From: Seison nebaliae
Taxonomy: Eukaryota
Direction of reading: 5' to 3'
Length of the DNA: 36,083 bases
Assembly: GCA_023231475.1 (NCBI GenBank)
Contig: JALJEE010002216.1
Span: 1 to 36,083, forward strand
The notes beneath the pieces were generated by a model. That model was not told the origin of the DNA, ran no database searches, and saw nothing but the letters and a program-made list of their open reading frames with translations. The number at the start of each line of letters is the position of its first letter. The stretch's first letter is position 1. Of this stretch, positions 24,276 through 35,190 are shown piece by piece. The translations under genes were made by a program, and so were the position numbers.

Positions 24276-24935
24276 ATGGATTCCACAACAATTACAAACG
24301 AGTTGAAATCCATCACACAGGAACAGATAAACAAAGGTGAAATCAAAGAGTTGGATATTAAAAAAAAATTGATCGTATTGATTACTGATCGAGATATTTT
24401 GTTGTTCGATCAATATATTAATTTACCCGCCGTTCAATTGCTGGAGGGTCAATTAATTTTCGAATTGGTTGAATTGTTCATTAGTGGAACATTAGAAGAG
24501 AGTGAGAAGTATATTGAGAAGAATGAGGAATTTTTAGAAGAGAATAAAATCGACATTTCAGAGATTAAGAGAAAAATGGAAATTTTAACATTTCTTTCAC
24601 TCGCTGAGAATAAAACGGAAATTCCATTCAAAGATATTGGAGAGGCATTGAATTTGGAGAAATCGAGTGATATTGAATTATTCGTTGTACGATTATTGAA
24701 GACAGGTACGATTCGAGTAAAGATTAATGAATCAGAAGATAAATTGATAATCAATCATGTTCCATGTCGATTTTTCGCTGAACAACATTGGAAAGAATTG
24801 AGAGATCAATTCATTACATGGAATGAAAATCTTTCTTCTCTAACTTCATTCATTTCAACTATTAATCAATCTGAATCAACCGAATCAACAATTGTGAAAT
24901 TTGCCAATGAATTGGCAGCAATGAATACCAAATGA
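24276..24935 (+). CDS. EIF3M: eIF3 subunit M-like PCI protein (C-terminal half only), ~219 aa
   Basis: LLFDQYINLPAVQLLEGQLIFELVELFISG...KMEILTFLSLAENKTEIPF...IELFVVRLLKTGTIRVKINE...RFFAEQHWKELRDQFITWNENL matches the eIF3m PCI region (FLFDHLL..VKFLEGELIHDLL.IF; KMRLLTF; RTFGKQQWQQL..L.AW..NL). The first ATG is at 24276. Confidence 0.8.
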   Translation: MDSTTITNELKSITQEQINKGEIKELDIKKKLIVLITDRDILLFDQYINLPAVQLLEGQLIFELVELFISGTLEESEKYIEKNEEFLEENKIDISEIKRKMEILTFLSLAENKTEIPFKDIGEALNLEKSSDIELFVVRLLKTGTIRVKINESEDKLIINHVPCRFFAEQHWKELRDQFITWNENLSSLTSFISTINQSESTESTIVKFANELAAMNTK

Positions 24936-25125
24936 GAAGGATGAAAGAAATGTTTTAAGATAATTTTTGTTATTAAAATTTTTTTGCTTTGATGAATAAT
25001 TTTTTCAAAGAAATAATTTTTTTCTTCCAATTTTTATTCTTCTATATCTTCATCATAAATTATTATTCTTCAGAAAATTTATATTTGAAATTTATATTTA
25101 TTTCTCTAACAAAATCCCATTATAG

Positions 25126-26736
25126 ATGAATTGTTTCAATTCAATTCTATTCTTCATTTCTCTTCAAGTTTCATTAAGCGTTTCTCATTTCCATGGATTG
25201 AATCCGGAGAAAGCTCAATTCTATAATCGACAGATTCTCAAGAAGTTTACTTGTCTCGATGGAAATAAAGAAATTTCTTTCGATCAAATCAATGATAATT
25301 ACTGTGATTGCGAAGACGGAAGTGATGAAGTGGGAACTTCAGCATGTAGTAATGGACAATTTTTCTGCAAAAATCTTTTATATCGTCCTTCCACTATCCC
25401 ATCGAGTCGAGTCAATGATGGAATTTGTGATTGTTGTGATGGCAGTGATGAGATGATTCAGGGTAAAACTGAAAATAATAATTGTGAAAATGTTTGTGCT
25501 CAATTCGGACAAGTTTTGTGGGAGGAGCAGAAAATACATCTGGACAAACTTGTTAAAGGCGTTCAAGAAAGGAACAGGTTAGTGAAAGAAGTACTGATAG
25601 CGAAAGATAAAGCGCTTGGAGAATTATCAGGATTGGAAGGAGAATTAACTAAAGTTAAATCAGAATTGGAGAAATTGGAAGCAGATAAATTAGAGAAATC
25701 AAAAGTTGTCGATGAAATTAAAGATAAACGTTCAGATGAAGCGAAAGAGAAACAAGCGAGAGAATTGTTTGGAGTTCTCGACAAAAATCAAAATGAAATT
25801 ATTGAATTAGAAGAAGAAATTTTCGAACAACATTCTGAATTGAACGAGAAAAAAGAATCGATAATTCAATCATTCCTTCCAACGGAAGAAGAACGATCGG
25901 AAGAATCAAAAGAAATTGCTAAATCGATTTCAGTCAAATGGGACGAATTCTATTCTAAAATTTTTCCTTTGATTTCTGATACAATTCAATTTGAAATTTC
26001 TGAAAAAGAAACGAAAGTTGAAGATGAAGAAGGTCAAATTGATCAGGTTGACGAAATGGATTTAGGTGATCAATCTCCTGAATCTCCTGAATCTCCTGAT
26101 GACTTTCATGAAGATGATGATCATCAAGAAATCGATGACGGAGATATAGAACCAGTGAAAGAAGTTGAAATACCAAAGAAACAATATGAAAAGTTGAAGG
26201 ATATTCCTCCAACATTTAGAGAAGACGAACAAAAATTAATTAATGAAATGGAGGAATTGACAAAGGTGGTTAATGAGAAATCAAGTAAAGTTCATGAGAT
26301 TGAAGAGAATATTAAAAAATCGGAAGAAATTCATGATGAGAAATTCGGGAAAGAAGGAGAATATTATCATTTGAATGAGAAATGTTTCGATTTTAAAGAA
26401 CGACAATATACTTATCGTGTTTGTTTCTTTAAAGAAGCTGATCAAATTGAAGGTGGCTCATCAACACCAATCGGATATTTCAGTAAATGGATTGGTGAAA
26501 ATGAGCAATTGTATGACAATGGAAGAACATGTTGGAATGGACCTCCACGTTCCACTCGAGTCGTTTTAAGTTGTGCAACAGAGAATGTCATTCTGAGCGT
26601 GAAAGAACCACAACGATGTGAATATGAGATTAAGTTCTCTACACCAGCAGCTTGCCATCCAAATCTATTACAAGAACATCATGATGAAATCAAGAAAACA
26701 TCGGAATATAATTTCGATAAACATGAAGAATTATAA
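25126..26736 (+). CDS. PRKCSH: Glucosidase II beta subunit (PRKCSH/80K-H), 536 aa, intronless
   Basis: Signal peptide; LDLa-like FTCLDG...INDNYCDCEDGSDEVGTSAC...VNDGICDCCDGSDE; EF-hand-like LFGVLDKNQNE; acidic stretch; MRH domain YDNGRTCWNGPPRS...EPQRCEY; C-terminal ER-retention-like HEEL. Confidence 0.95.
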   Translation: MNCFNSILFFISLQVSLSVSHFHGLNPEKAQFYNRQILKKFTCLDGNKEISFDQINDNYCDCEDGSDEVGTSACSNGQFFCKNLLYRPSTIPSSRVNDGICDCCDGSDEMIQGKTENNNCENVCAQFGQVLWEEQKIHLDKLVKGVQERNRLVKEVLIAKDKALGELSGLEGELTKVKSELEKLEADKLEKSKVVDEIKDKRSDEAKEKQARELFGVLDKNQNEIIELEEEIFEQHSELNEKKESIIQSFLPTEEERSEESKEIAKSISVKWDEFYSKIFPLISDTIQFEISEKETKVEDEEGQIDQVDEMDLGDQSPESPESPDDFHEDDDHQEIDDGDIEPVKEVEIPKKQYEKLKDIPPTFREDEQKLINEMEELTKVVNEKSSKVHEIEENIKKSEEIHDEKFGKEGEYYHLNEKCFDFKERQYTYRVCFFKEADQIEGGSSTPIGYFSKWIGENEQLYDNGRTCWNGPPRSTRVVLSCATENVILSVKEPQRCEYEIKFSTPAACHPNLLQEHHDEIKKTSEYNFDKHEEL

Positions 26737-27634
26737 TCATTCATCAACACTCCATAATCCACCATTTTAGTCAATAACATTTCTATCTTTTTTTTATCAT
26801 CCAGTCCCAAAAATTTCCTTCTCATCCTTTCTTTCTTGGTAATTTATTTATGATTATTTCATTACAATTTTCCTCTTTTGGTGAAACTTAAAAGAAAGTA
26901 ATTTTTTTAGAGAAAAAGTTTCCTCATCCTTCTGAAGTAATTTCGTTGTTGTGTATCGATTATTTGCACGTATCATTTTCCAATTATATTCACACTAAAT
27001 AATTGCTCTCGCAATTTAATAGTCATCCATAATTATGGTATTGAAACAAAACAGAGATTTACGTCCATAATAAAATTTTACGAAGTTTATTCTTTTGGAA
27101 GAAGAATAATAATTTTCTCAAAAATTCTACACAATATTTTTTCATAAAGAGTTTTTAATTAGAAATTTATAAAAAATCGGTAGAATTACTAAAACGAAGA
27201 AAAGAATAGGAAGCAACAGTTCACCAGAAAAGTTAGTTGGAAAAAGAAGAGAGCAGGTTAAAGAATAAAAGAAGTTCCCCTACTATTCGAAGACTTCATA
27301 ATTCTTTTCGAGTAGTACCAGCAGAAAACATTCAAATGAAACATGACAAATATTTCAAGATATTATTGGAAAGGAAGTAAATATTTATTTTATTAAGATC
27401 AAGTACTTACTTAAATAGAAAGATATTGAAAGGTTCTTTTTTTATGGAGGGAGAATGGATGAATGATTAAAATTCTCATTTATCGATTGGAATTTCCGGT
27501 AGAATAGCCGATGGCATTTGGATAAGAACAAATTCATAAAAATTCCATCCATTAATAAAACGAATTAAATTTGTTAATTTTTTTTGTTCTTCATTGTCGA
27601 TTTGTCATTTAGTAATTGAAGTAGATAAAGAAGA

Positions 27635-29031
27635 ATGTTTGTAAAAATCAGATATGGTCATAATGACAATATGCTTCTCAATACAAATTGTTCAGTTTGG
27701 ATTAACGTTGCACGGAAGATTTTTGAAGAATTCAAAATTTTTTCTTTTCAACTAATTTCATTTAGATCAAAAATTTCGTTGATCAAATTAAGATGATTTA
27801 TCTTCAAAACGAAAAACGTATTCAATTAACTCCAGCCACAACCGTTTCTTGCGATTCTCAATTGGGCAAAGATGAAAAACGGAAAAAGAATCGTAAAAAA
27901 AAACAAGAAAGTTTTTATTAAATTTCATAAATTATATATTGATAATTATGATGGAAAACTTGTGTAATAAGATGACAATTGTAATGATATTTTACTATTA
28001 AGAAATTTGACATCTGCAAACTCGAATAAATCGTCAAGATCAATCGATTCGCGACAAATGGATGAAGATTTTGGTATAGAATTATCTGATGAGAATGGAC
28101 ATTTGATCTCCATCAATCAATATTTTCAACAAGCAAAAGTAGCAGGTTTGATGAAGTTAAATTATTCTTTCAGAAATGTTTGAAAAGAAAAGCAAATCAA
28201 ATCAAAGTTATATCCTAGTAATCAGAAATTTTTAATGGATCTACCAAAACCTGACAAATTTTTATCGAACGAGATTATTGAACAACAAAAAGAAATGTTG
28301 GCAAATGATTGGAACAAGGAGAATTGTAATCCAAATGCTAAAATTAATCAATGTGAAACGGTTCTTTGTAAAAATGAATCATTAACATTATCACCACCTC
28401 CACGAAATAAAACGCCACCTGTGCCACCTGCGTCAGTGAAAACTCCCACTCAAAAAACTCCTACCAGTGGAGCAACAAGCCGAACTAAAAGAAAACGAAC
28501 AAATCCGAGTCTGCAAGTTGATTCATTGGGAAATAGTTTAGATACGGAATTGCATCAGAAAATAATGAATTTGGAGAGTCATTTGAAAGAAATACAAGAT
28601 CACATGACATCATCTAATCAGTCGGTTAGATCGATCCTCAATGAACGGGAATCATTAGTTCTCCTCAAAATAAGTTAAGCAATTTTTTTAAAAATAATTT
28701 TTATTTCAATTAATTTTTAGCCTCGTTAAATATCGATAACAAAAGTTCGAGAAGACCATCAATTGCAGATAGAAGTAGTGGAGTAAAATCAAGTAGGAAA
28801 GACTCTCCAAAACTTCCGATTTTAAGTGCAAAATATTTACAACAATCAAACAAAGAAATCGTACCTCTACTATACGACAAGAATATCGTCAATACTCAAT
28901 TCTTAAATAATATAAGGAAAGGCATCATACGTAAACCGCCTGGCAATGTTAGTAAATTGCCAAACATTGATCGATCTTCAGTCAGTCCACGTTCGACAAG
29001 AGAACCAAATGGGAAAAGGAAACATATTTAG
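27635..29031 (+). CDS. CXorf65/C22orf15-like N-terminal domain protein with a long P/S/K-rich tail, ~384 aa, 5 exons
   Basis: The spliced N-terminus MFVKIRYGHNDNMLLNTNCSIKNFVDQIK and a later IELSDENGHLISI resemble the family pattern MFIxxxxG...LVNTxC...I.L..E.G, recognised from memory. Introns 27695-27765, 27911-27971, 28156-28218 and 28674-28720 give one frame to TAG at 29031. Confidence 0.6.
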
Positions 29032-29576
29032 ATGGAAATTAATTATGATACTTGACAATTTTTAATGTTCATCTTTGGAATGATAGTATACATATTTTAA
29101 TGATGAAAATGATTGTAAATGATAATTTCTAATTTTAATGAATTGAACCGAATTCTTTCAGACACTTTTCATTTGAGCACCATTCAAATTATCTTTTTTA
29201 TCGGTACATCTTTCATATTGGATGATAGGGTGGGCGAATAGTGAATGAATAAATGAAATAACTTAATTATCATTTGATGGTGTTTGCAGGATGCTCCTGT
29301 TCAATTTGTTTCGATAGATGTTGAAGAATACTTATGGACAAATAGGCAAAATTTGAGAGATATGTAACAGAAAATTGAAGAAACTTTGAAGTTTATTCAC
29401 ATAGAAGAAATATGTGAACGTGGAGAATTGTTGCCATATAATTGTTATTTTGAATGGAATGGTAACATCATCAATACATGATGATGGCAAATTAATATTA
29501 ATTTTAATTCATCGAATACAGCCGCGAAATAAAAATATGTCATCTGCCTTCATTGCATCGTAGTTAATGTCCAATA

Positions 29577-29934
29577 ATGAATACCGTGATATTTATTACA
29601 CTTTTTTATCTCTTTATCGTTACACCGAGAAGTTGTTTTCTAATTAAAGCTGGAGCAAGTTTCAATGCAACATTCGATCATACTGATGAAGATTTCTTCG
29701 ACATGGACTTATTTCCTGAAGAAGTTCGTAAAATAAATCTGATAAATTTTGTTTGTTGTTAAGGAAAGAATTATAAATATTTTTCTTTATTTATCTTTTT
29801 TATAGAAAATGGATAACGGACTATTCGAGTATTTAGCAGAGTTCGGAAACGATGGTATCTTCTTTGGAAAGAATAATGGCTTCAATATGAAATTTAATTC
29901 CGAATTAACTTCGTCAAAAGATTCGAAAAAATGA
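29577..29934 (+). CDS. Small putative secreted acidic, Phe-rich peptide, ~91 aa, 2 exons
   Basis: Signal-like MNTVIFITLFYLFIVTPRSC. Intron 29724-29805 (GTT..TAG) joins to KMDNGLFEYLAEFGNDGIFFGKNNGFNMKFNSELTSSKDSKK*. Confidence 0.55.
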
Positions 29935-30780
29935 CGATAAGCCAATTATGGGTAAAAAAATGATCAATTAGAATTATAATTATTTATAAATTTCCTTCTT
30001 TAACGAACTGAGCTAAAAGTCTTCCCATGAATTTTGTAAACTTCATTGATATAATTCTCTCTTCTAAACATAAAAACGGGATAGATTTCTTTCCGTCCAA
30101 TCTCTTAAATTTCTTCAGACCAATTTTAACTGAAAAAATATTTAGATTGTTTCTTGCTTATCATTTAATTTTATGGGAATCGTTCGACATAAAACTTAAT
30201 TCTCTCATTTCAACTCATTACTCTATAGTAAGAGGAAAAAAATATTTATCATTATTTTTATCTCCATTTTTAAAACTATTTACACGAATGGATCCATGTT
30301 AAAAAAGAAGGAGAAATCTTTAACGTCTTTAAGCAATAACAAAATAGTTGAAGTTTCTTTGTGAACAAAAGAGATTGAGTCTTATTAAGGTATGAAAGTG
30401 TTAATAATAATAATAATTTATATGTTCCATTCACATTCATTCTTTTTAGTGAAATATACGTTTAAGTTTACAGTAAATAAACAGTTTTTCTAGAGAAGAA
30501 GTGAAATTTAACATTTTGTATAAGCTTATTATGTTTAGCTTAACGAAATGTAGTAAGAATTTTGATTTTAGATGAAACAATTCGTTTGAGTATTTAACCC
30601 TATATTTGAGAGTAGCCATAAAAATATTGTAATTAAGTAAACTTATTGAAAATTTTTAAAAAAGTTAGCTAATCAACATTGTTTTTTTTCACTTTGTTTA
30701 TACTGTCGGAGTGATTTCTTTTTTTCAATTATTATTTCATGTGGTTTTCTTTTGGAAAGATTTAATTTCAGTTACCTTCC

Positions 30781-33252
30781 ATGAATCATTCGAAACATTA
30801 TCGGAATAATAATAACAATCATAATATGAATCGATATCAGAATAATCATGAGCAGTCACCATTGCCACAAATGACGTCGTTCAATGTGACAGTGAATGAA
30901 GATGGACATCGACATCTTCAAAGAGAAACAATGTTTGATCATCGTTTGAATAAGAAGGTTGGAGAAAATGAATTTCGAGAAAAGATGAATGATGGATATT
31001 TTAATATTTCATCATTGGGTAATAGTCATAATACAAATCATCGAGAGACTAAGAGAAATCGAAGAGACGAGAAAGATAAGGATTATCAAACGGAACAACC
31101 AATTCGAAATAATGAACAACGACAACGTCGAAACATTCCAGAAGAGTTGAATAACCAGAATGATAAACATCGACACACGAATGTCCAGAATCGCGATAAT
31201 CGACGACAATATAATTACAGGAATGATAATAACAATCATTCTCCTCAACAACACCAACAAGGTCAGAATGATAATGTTGATAATTACAGCAAAATTGAAA
31301 ATCATCGAGAACAACAAAATAAATATGATCATCAACAATCCCGACAAAATGATAATCGAAACAATTTTCAACGTTATCATCATCAAGACAATCGTTATAA
31401 TAATCAATATCAGGACAATCGTTATAATAATCAACAACAAAATAATCGTTATAATAATCACCAATCGAATAATCGATATCATCAACAACCAGATAATCGA
31501 AATCGAAATTATCAAAGACATATCCAAAATAATAACATAAATAATAATAAGAATTATCAGAATGATGAGGATAAGCAAAATTTGAAACAGCAGCAAAATT
31601 ATTATGAAAATGAACAAAATTATCAGTCGAATAGAAGACGTGAATATTCAGATTCTGAACGAGAAACACAAGACCAAAGTGAATTGTGGACTTCTCATAT
31701 TTCACTTCCAACAAATCCACAACCGATTACAAACAATGAGGAACGGAAATTCCATGAATCTGCTCTACAAGACAATTTCCATCAATCTTCTCGACAAGGA
31801 AATCCTCATCAAACTTCTCGACAAGACAATTCTCATCAACAAAACAGGAATAGAAACCAAAATCAAAATCGACGACTAGATCATCAGAATAAATTTCACC
31901 CATATGAACCAAGATCTTCACGTATTAAAATTTCGAATGCTGGCCATGATTTCAATCGATTTAATACGAATGTCGAAAACTTACCAAAACATCCAAATCA
32001 ACCGCAACCTCAACGTCATCGAGTATTTGGTGTTTTGAGAATGGATGAAATAATTAAAAATCAAGATAAAATGAAATCAGAAGATTTGAATAAGTCAAAT
32101 GATGTGAATAAAATAGAGAAAGATGAACGAAAAAGTTTAAGCAAGAAATCTGTCGATGTTGAATTGAAGAATGTTTCGAAAGATCAAGAAAAGAAAACAA
32201 CGAAAGATGAGAACGAGAAAGAAGTAAAAGAAAAGATGATTTCGGAAAAATCAGAGAACACCAATAAAATGACAAAAAATAAAATTCCAGAAAAAAAGAT
32301 GAATCAGATTAAACCTGAAAAAAAGAAAATTGAAGGAAATGCAGAAACAGATCAAATTCAAATTTTTGTGGAAAGAAAACCAACTAGAAACATTTTTGGA
32401 AAAGTAAAGCGATCACGAACATCAAAAAATCATTCAAATTCTTCACTTTCTTCTTCCACCATATCGAAATCCTCAAATGGAAAAGAATCGATCGTTAAGA
32501 ATGTAAAAGAAACGAATCAAAAACATATCGATTCGAATGAAACTATAGATAATAAAAATTCACGTGAATCTGAGAAACAGTCAAATGTTCCTGTAAATGT
32601 GAAAAATGAATCAGAAACAATGACGGAAAATTCTCAAGAATTGGTGAATAGAAACTCGGACGTCCAAATTAATGAAAAGATCGAAGAATTTAATGATAAT
32701 AAATTCATACCGACTGAAAAGACAAGCGAGGAATTAGTTAACAAAAATTGGGATGAACATATAGATGAGCTAGATAAAGAAGAAATGAAGAAAGTTCAAC
32801 AAATTGAGAATAGTAGTTACTGGAAAGAAGCAGAAATTTGTGTTGCTCAAATTCTTCAAGAAATGGAGAAAGTTGAAAATGTTGATTTGGAAGATAGAAG
32901 AACGAAGAAAGAAGAGGAAATGGAAGATAAATGTGAGAAATTGAATGATGAAAATTTAATAGACGAAAAACTAATAAATTTTATGGATGATGAAAGTAAT
33001 TTGAATGATTCACAAACTTCTTTCGACATTTCCGATATCTGTTGTGAAGATGTGACGGAGATTGATGATGATTGTGAGAAGATGTTGAACGAATTGGTAA
33101 ATAATTTGATTGAAAAACATAAGAAGGTATTGGAGGAAAACGACGATTTTTATTCGATGTCACCATCACCAACAGATCCGATGTATCACAGTGCACAAGT
33201 GTCTCCTTCGTCCAAAACGGAGAAGGAGAATAATGTTGAAGTTTCCAATTGA
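30781..33252 (+). CDS. Uncharacterised intronless low-complexity protein (N/Q/R/Y-rich N-half, K/E-rich middle, acidic C-terminus), 823 aa
   Basis: A 2472-nt stop-free ORF in AT-rich DNA, with QDNRYNNQ repeats and no recognisable folded domain. Confidence 0.75.
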   Translation: MNHSKHYRNNNNNHNMNRYQNNHEQSPLPQMTSFNVTVNEDGHRHLQRETMFDHRLNKKVGENEFREKMNDGYFNISSLGNSHNTNHRETKRNRRDEKDKDYQTEQPIRNNEQRQRRNIPEELNNQNDKHRHTNVQNRDNRRQYNYRNDNNNHSPQQHQQGQNDNVDNYSKIENHREQQNKYDHQQSRQNDNRNNFQRYHHQDNRYNNQYQDNRYNNQQQNNRYNNHQSNNRYHQQPDNRNRNYQRHIQNNNINNNKNYQNDEDKQNLKQQQNYYENEQNYQSNRRREYSDSERETQDQSELWTSHISLPTNPQPITNNEERKFHESALQDNFHQSSRQGNPHQTSRQDNSHQQNRNRNQNQNRRLDHQNKFHPYEPRSSRIKISNAGHDFNRFNTNVENLPKHPNQPQPQRHRVFGVLRMDEIIKNQDKMKSEDLNKSNDVNKIEKDERKSLSKKSVDVELKNVSKDQEKKTTKDENEKEVKEKMISEKSENTNKMTKNKIPEKKMNQIKPEKKKIEGNAETDQIQIFVERKPTRNIFGKVKRSRTSKNHSNSSLSSSTISKSSNGKESIVKNVKETNQKHIDSNETIDNKNSRESEKQSNVPVNVKNESETMTENSQELVNRNSDVQINEKIEEFNDNKFIPTEKTSEELVNKNWDEHIDELDKEEMKKVQQIENSSYWKEAEICVAQILQEMEKVENVDLEDRRTKKEEEMEDKCEKLNDENLIDEKLINFMDDESNLNDSQTSFDISDICCEDVTEIDDDCEKMLNELVNNLIEKHKKVLEENDDFYSMSPSPTDPMYHSAQVSPSSKTEKENNVEVSN

Positions 33253-33803
33253 ATTCTTCTACGTCAAAATTTGTCTGTGTGATGTGATTTTATGACTTTA
33301 GTTGAAGGAGAATCATCTTAATTGGGCGAAAATCGAATATGAAAGAATTATGCGAAGTATTCTCGAGAAGGATATGAATGCTGCTCATCTTCTTAAAACT
33401 AAAATTTTTAAAGATTTCTGCTCTACTTCTCCATCTGATAAAGAATAACAACAGTTTGCAAAATATTAACCAAAAAAACTTATTTGATGCAATTCCAATT
33501 ATTTTTAATCATCATACGTAGATTATATTTACTTCCTCATTTATCTAATGAAAACACATTATTGGAAAGAGTAAGTATAGTACAATTTTTTTGATTACTT
33601 AACAATATCTTCATAATAGGAAAAAACTAAAAAAAATCCTAGAGAATTTCCTTCCCATTCTAAATATTTGTGCTATTAATAAAATATTCCTTTTATTTAC
33701 TTCACTAAAAACAATTAGTTTTTCAATTTTAGTGAAATTCTTTCAATAATTTTCATCTGGGCACAACATTTGGGAGTATTTGAAAAATTTATGGGGAAAA
33801 AAA

Positions 33804-34832
33804 TTATTTACAAAATTTGTCACTCTTCATCGCTGCACGACGATCTAATAAAGTTTCATGAATATTTCCAGTTTTCGTTGCCGTTTTCAATTCTTTAATA
33901 TCATTCGGATTCACTTTGATCTTTTTCTCACCACCCCAACATTGAAATTTCATAATATTCTGTTTTTCCAATTCTGCTAATGTTTCTTAAAGAATTTAAT
34001 AGAAAAATTGAAAAGAAGAAAAAGAAGAATTAATTTCAAACTTTTACTAAGATTACTCTGAGCTGTCTCTTCTTCTTCCAATTGTAATTGTTCACGTTCT
34101 TTCCATTTCAAGTGACTAATATCTTTTATACGTTGCGCTTTCGTTCTCAGTCTCAATGAAAAGATGGATGAATCAGCAGTGGCTGATAAACATACCATAA
34201 ATCCTTCGCTATTCATGGCTAAATATTTGTCATTCGATCCACAGATAATTGCATTATCTTCCTCTTCCCATACCAATTTCCAATAACAAGTTCGATCGAT
34301 TGCGTCTTTCCTTCCAACAACCAATCCATTCACATTAATCGACAGATATTTATTGAATCCTAAAAAAGAAGTGAGTAAGTCGAGAAACTGAAAAGGAAAA
34401 TAAACCAGATTTTAATGCAAATTCCACGTCATTAATTTTTGTTAGACTAAATATCTCTTCTTCTTTAGGTTGAGAATGTTCTTCGTCGATATGGGGAAAT
34501 GTGTGAGATGAACCAACCGTCAATAAACCATCGTCTAATGCCGAGACATACGTCAACGAATGTGGACCACCCATCTCAATTACAACGTCAGCATAATTGA
34601 TTTCCCGCATATTGTTAATACTCCACCAACCGGCATGAAGCATCTCATCTCGTTTTCTACTTTCTTCTATTTCCTTCAACGATCCATGAACGAGACTAGT
34701 CGTTAAATTATCTTCATCAATTATCTTCGATTTCTTCTTCTTCGTCTTCTTTATTTTCTTCAAACTACCATCCTTCAATTTCAATTTACTACCTAATCTG
34801 TGATTGGCAATTTCGTACAAATTCGAACTCAT
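33804..34832 (-). CDS. FRG1: FRG1 (FSHD region gene 1; fascin-like, spliceosome-associated), ~305 aa, 3 exons
   Basis: KLKLK followed by a basic NLS; GWW; YVSALDDGLLTVG; ALKSG|FNKYLSINVNGLVVGRKDAI; C-terminal GNIHETLLDRRAAMKSDKFCK*. Introns are 34405-34360 and 34041-33977. Confidence 0.93.
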
Positions 34833-35190
34833 CGATTTAATGGAATTTAATTAATCAATTTTTATTAGGCTTCTTTTTAAATTATACTTTATTTGTTTAT
34901 GTTTATTTTACAATTACAAATTTGACGATTTTACTATAAACATTTTAAAAATTTTATTATTTTTTACAATTTATTTTTTTATGTTACTTCTGGATTTATT
35001 TATCGGAGACTTAATAAATGTTGAATAAACTGACACACTAAGAGTAGTGCAAAGAGTAAATTGGTTAACCAATTTGAATTTCTGGATTATTGATGAGATT
35101 GATAGGATAATTAAAATTTTTCAATCAACTAACATTTCCAGGTAATGTTTTCAATCAAGATAATTAAAAAAAAACTCTTTTCAAAACATG

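Noticed and set aside
27190..27480. Possible small exons upstream of the CXorf65-like gene
   Set aside because: No start-to-stop model or homology could be supported.
31012..31921. Ile-rich and Asp/Tyr-rich ORFs on other frames; likewise 18650-19117 and 21990-22193
   Set aside because: They are by-products of AAT/CAA codon repeats in the real N/Q-rich ORFs.
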